Positions 62,446 through 64,000 of a DNA stretch of 64,000 nucleotides are shown one piece after another (within the stretch, counting starts at the first letter, position 1; every line of letters starts with the position of its first letter). The stretch lies in the NCBI GenBank assembly GCA_963810095.1, contig CAWEMM010000006.1:480001-544000 (forward strand), given 5' to 3'. Origin of the DNA: an uncultured Chloroflexia bacterium. Lineage in GTDB: Bacteria; Chloroflexota; Anaerolineae; CG2-30-64-16. Both the position numbers and the translations under genes were made by a program. Under the pieces are notes generated by a model. The model was not told the DNA's origin. It made no database searches and saw nothing but the letters and a program-made list of their open reading frames with translations.

Positions 62446-63474
62446 CACTGTCACCGGTTCGCCGTTGAGCATCAGCGAGCGCTGGGCCGCGCCGAGGACC
62501 TGGAGCACGCGCTGGCCGCTCCGGCCGTCGGTCAGCGGCGGCACGCGCGACGCAATCGCTTGCAGGAACGCCTTGCACTCGAGGCGCAGCGGCTCGTCTT
62601 TCGCGAACGCCACTTGTTCGCCATCGCCCTTGATGGGCACCGGCTGGCCTTTCTCCACTTCGACACGTTGATCGTATAGCACGAGCTGCTTCGCCACGTC
62701 GTCGAAGCTCGCCATCTTGCGTGAGCCGATCACCACCAGCCGCTGCTCCTTGAACGGGTGCAGCCAAGACACGTGGATGTGGGCCCGCACGCCGTTGTCA
62801 AAGAGCAGGTTGGTCACGGTCACGTCGGCGATGTTCGGCTGGACGTACGCGCCGCCGGTCGCCACGACCTGGAGCGGCATGGAGCCCATCAGGCGCAGGA
62901 TGATCGCCACGTCGTGGGGCGCAAAGCTCCACAGGATGTTCTCCTCGCGGCGGACCTTCCCCAAGCTCAACCGGTTGGAGTAGATATACTGGACCTTGCC
63001 CAGTTCGCCCGCTCGCACCAGCTCGCTCAGGCGCACGATGGCCGGATGATATTCAAGCACATGGCCGACCATGAGGATACGGCCACCCGCCTCGGCCAGC
63101 CGCACCAGCTCCGCGCCTTCCTCCGCACGTAGCGCAAGGGGCTTCTCGACAAAGACGTCCTTGCCGGCAAGCAGCGCTTCACGCACCAGCTCGAAATGGG
63201 TCTCGGCCGGGGTGCTGATGACGACGCCCTCGGTGTCGGATGCAAGCGCGGCCTGTAGCTCGTCGACCACGGGGATGCCGGGCGCAAGACTGGCGGCGGT
63301 CTGGCGCCCGGCTTCCGTGACGTCGGCCACCAGCGCGAGGGTGCCCAGTTCCTTGAAGTTGCGCACCAGGTTCTTGCCCCAGTAGCCGCAGCCGATCACG
63401 GCCACTCGTGGGGCGGCCGGGCCAGGAACAGTCTGAACATTCGCCGGGCCGCCGGCGGGCGCAGGTAACGTCAT
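62434..63474 (-). CDS. Gfo/Idh/MocA oxidoreductase (WbpB/WlbA-like)
   Basis: VIGCGYWGKNL, FVEKPLA, MVGHVL, SFAPHD, VSWLHPFK. Confidence 0.88.
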   Translation of the reverse strand: MTLPAPAGGPANVQTVPGPAAPRVAVIGCGYWGKNLVRNFKELGTLALVADVTEAGRQTAASLAPGIPVVDELQAALASDTEGVVISTPAETHFELVREALLAGKDVFVEKPLALRAEEGAELVRLAEAGGRILMVGHVLEYHPAIVRLSELVRAGELGKVQYIYSNRLSLGKVRREENILWSFAPHDVAIILRLMGSMPLQVVATGGAYVQPNIADVTVTNLLFDNGVRAHIHVSWLHPFKEQRLVVIGSRKMASFDDVAKQLVLYDQRVEVEKGQPVPIKGDGEQVAFAKDEPLRLECKAFLQAIASRVPPLTDGRSGQRVLQVLGAAQRSLMLNGEPVTVATN

Positions 63475-63484
63475 ATATTCTCCC

Positions 63485-64000
63485 TCACAGGTCTAGATCA
63501 GGCTCGCCGCCGATGAGCGCCCGCAGCCGGCTTGCCACCATCTCGATAGCCACTTCGTTGAAGCCGCCCTCGGGGATGATCACGTCCGCGTAGCGCTTGC
63601 TGGGCTCGACAAACTCGAGGTGCATCGGCCGGACGGTATTCAGGTACTGGTTCATGACCGAGTCGAGCGACCGGCCGCGCTCCTCGATGTCCCGCTGCAG
63701 GCGACGCAGCAGGCGCAGGTCCGCGTCCGTGTCCACATAGATCTTGACATCCATCTGCTCACGCAGCTGTTTGTCGGCAAAAATGAGGATGCCCTCGACC
63801 AGGATGACCGGCTGCGGTTCGACGCGAATCGCCTCGGCCCGACGGTTGTGCATCTTGAAGTCATACACGGGGATGTCGACCGCTTTGCCGGCCTTCAGTT
63901 GCTTGAGGTGCTCGAGCAGCAGCTCGTTATCAAACGCGTCCGGGTGGTCAAAGTTGGTCTTGGCTCGCTCCTCGACCGGGAGATGGCCGAGTTCCTTGTA
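63485..64000 (-). CDS. udk: Uridine kinase (5'-partial)
   Basis: [53 protein letters not shown]. Confidence 0.93.
   Translation of the reverse strand, partial: YKELGHLPVEERAKTNFDHPDAFDNELLLEHLKQLKAGKAVDIPVYDFKMHNRRAEAIRVEPQPVILVEGILIFADKQLREQMDVKIYVDTDADLRLLRRLQRDIEERGRSLDSVMNQYLNTVRPMHLEFVEPSKRYADVIIPEGGFNEVAIEMVASRLRALIGGEPDLDL

Overview
High-GC bacterial chromosomal window. The gene complement (Pro/Ala/Thr-linker lipoproteins, short EF-Ts, secG next to a family-5 solute-binding protein, no LPS or outer-membrane genes) suggests a monoderm, probably Chloroflexota (Anaerolineae/Caldilineae-like); this is inference. In order: (1) a partial SAM methyltransferase, three tRNAs (Met-CAT, fMet, Leu-CAG), an FtsB/DivIC-like gene, a peptide SBP, secG and a fused cydD-cydC; (2) a ~23-kb carbohydrate/polyol locus (7.7-30.9 kb) with a PfkB kinase, three URO-D/MtaA-fold paralogues, two CUT2 sugar ABC systems whose binding lipoproteins carry 2 and 3 tandem domains, two DeoR regulators with an apparently circularly permuted sugar-binding domain inserted, a divergent CDP-alcohol-phosphotransferase-like membrane protein, a SorE-like dehydrogenase and mtlD; (3) a methyltransferase-ABC exporter operon; (4) rpsB-tsf-pyrH-frr-uppS-cdsA, rnz, Trm112 and two cyclophilins; (5) a surface-glycan locus with udk, wbpB/D/E/I-like genes, a Wzx flippase, six glycosyltransferases, a Wzy_C/O-OTase-like TPR membrane protein and a WecA/MraY-like transferase. 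Several families of periodic (8-9 nt unit) palindromic REP-like elements fill intergenic gaps. About 17 small frameshifts in 13 genes most likely reflect long-read errors. No CRISPR array, rRNA or transposase was seen. All product calls come from motif recognition, not database searches.
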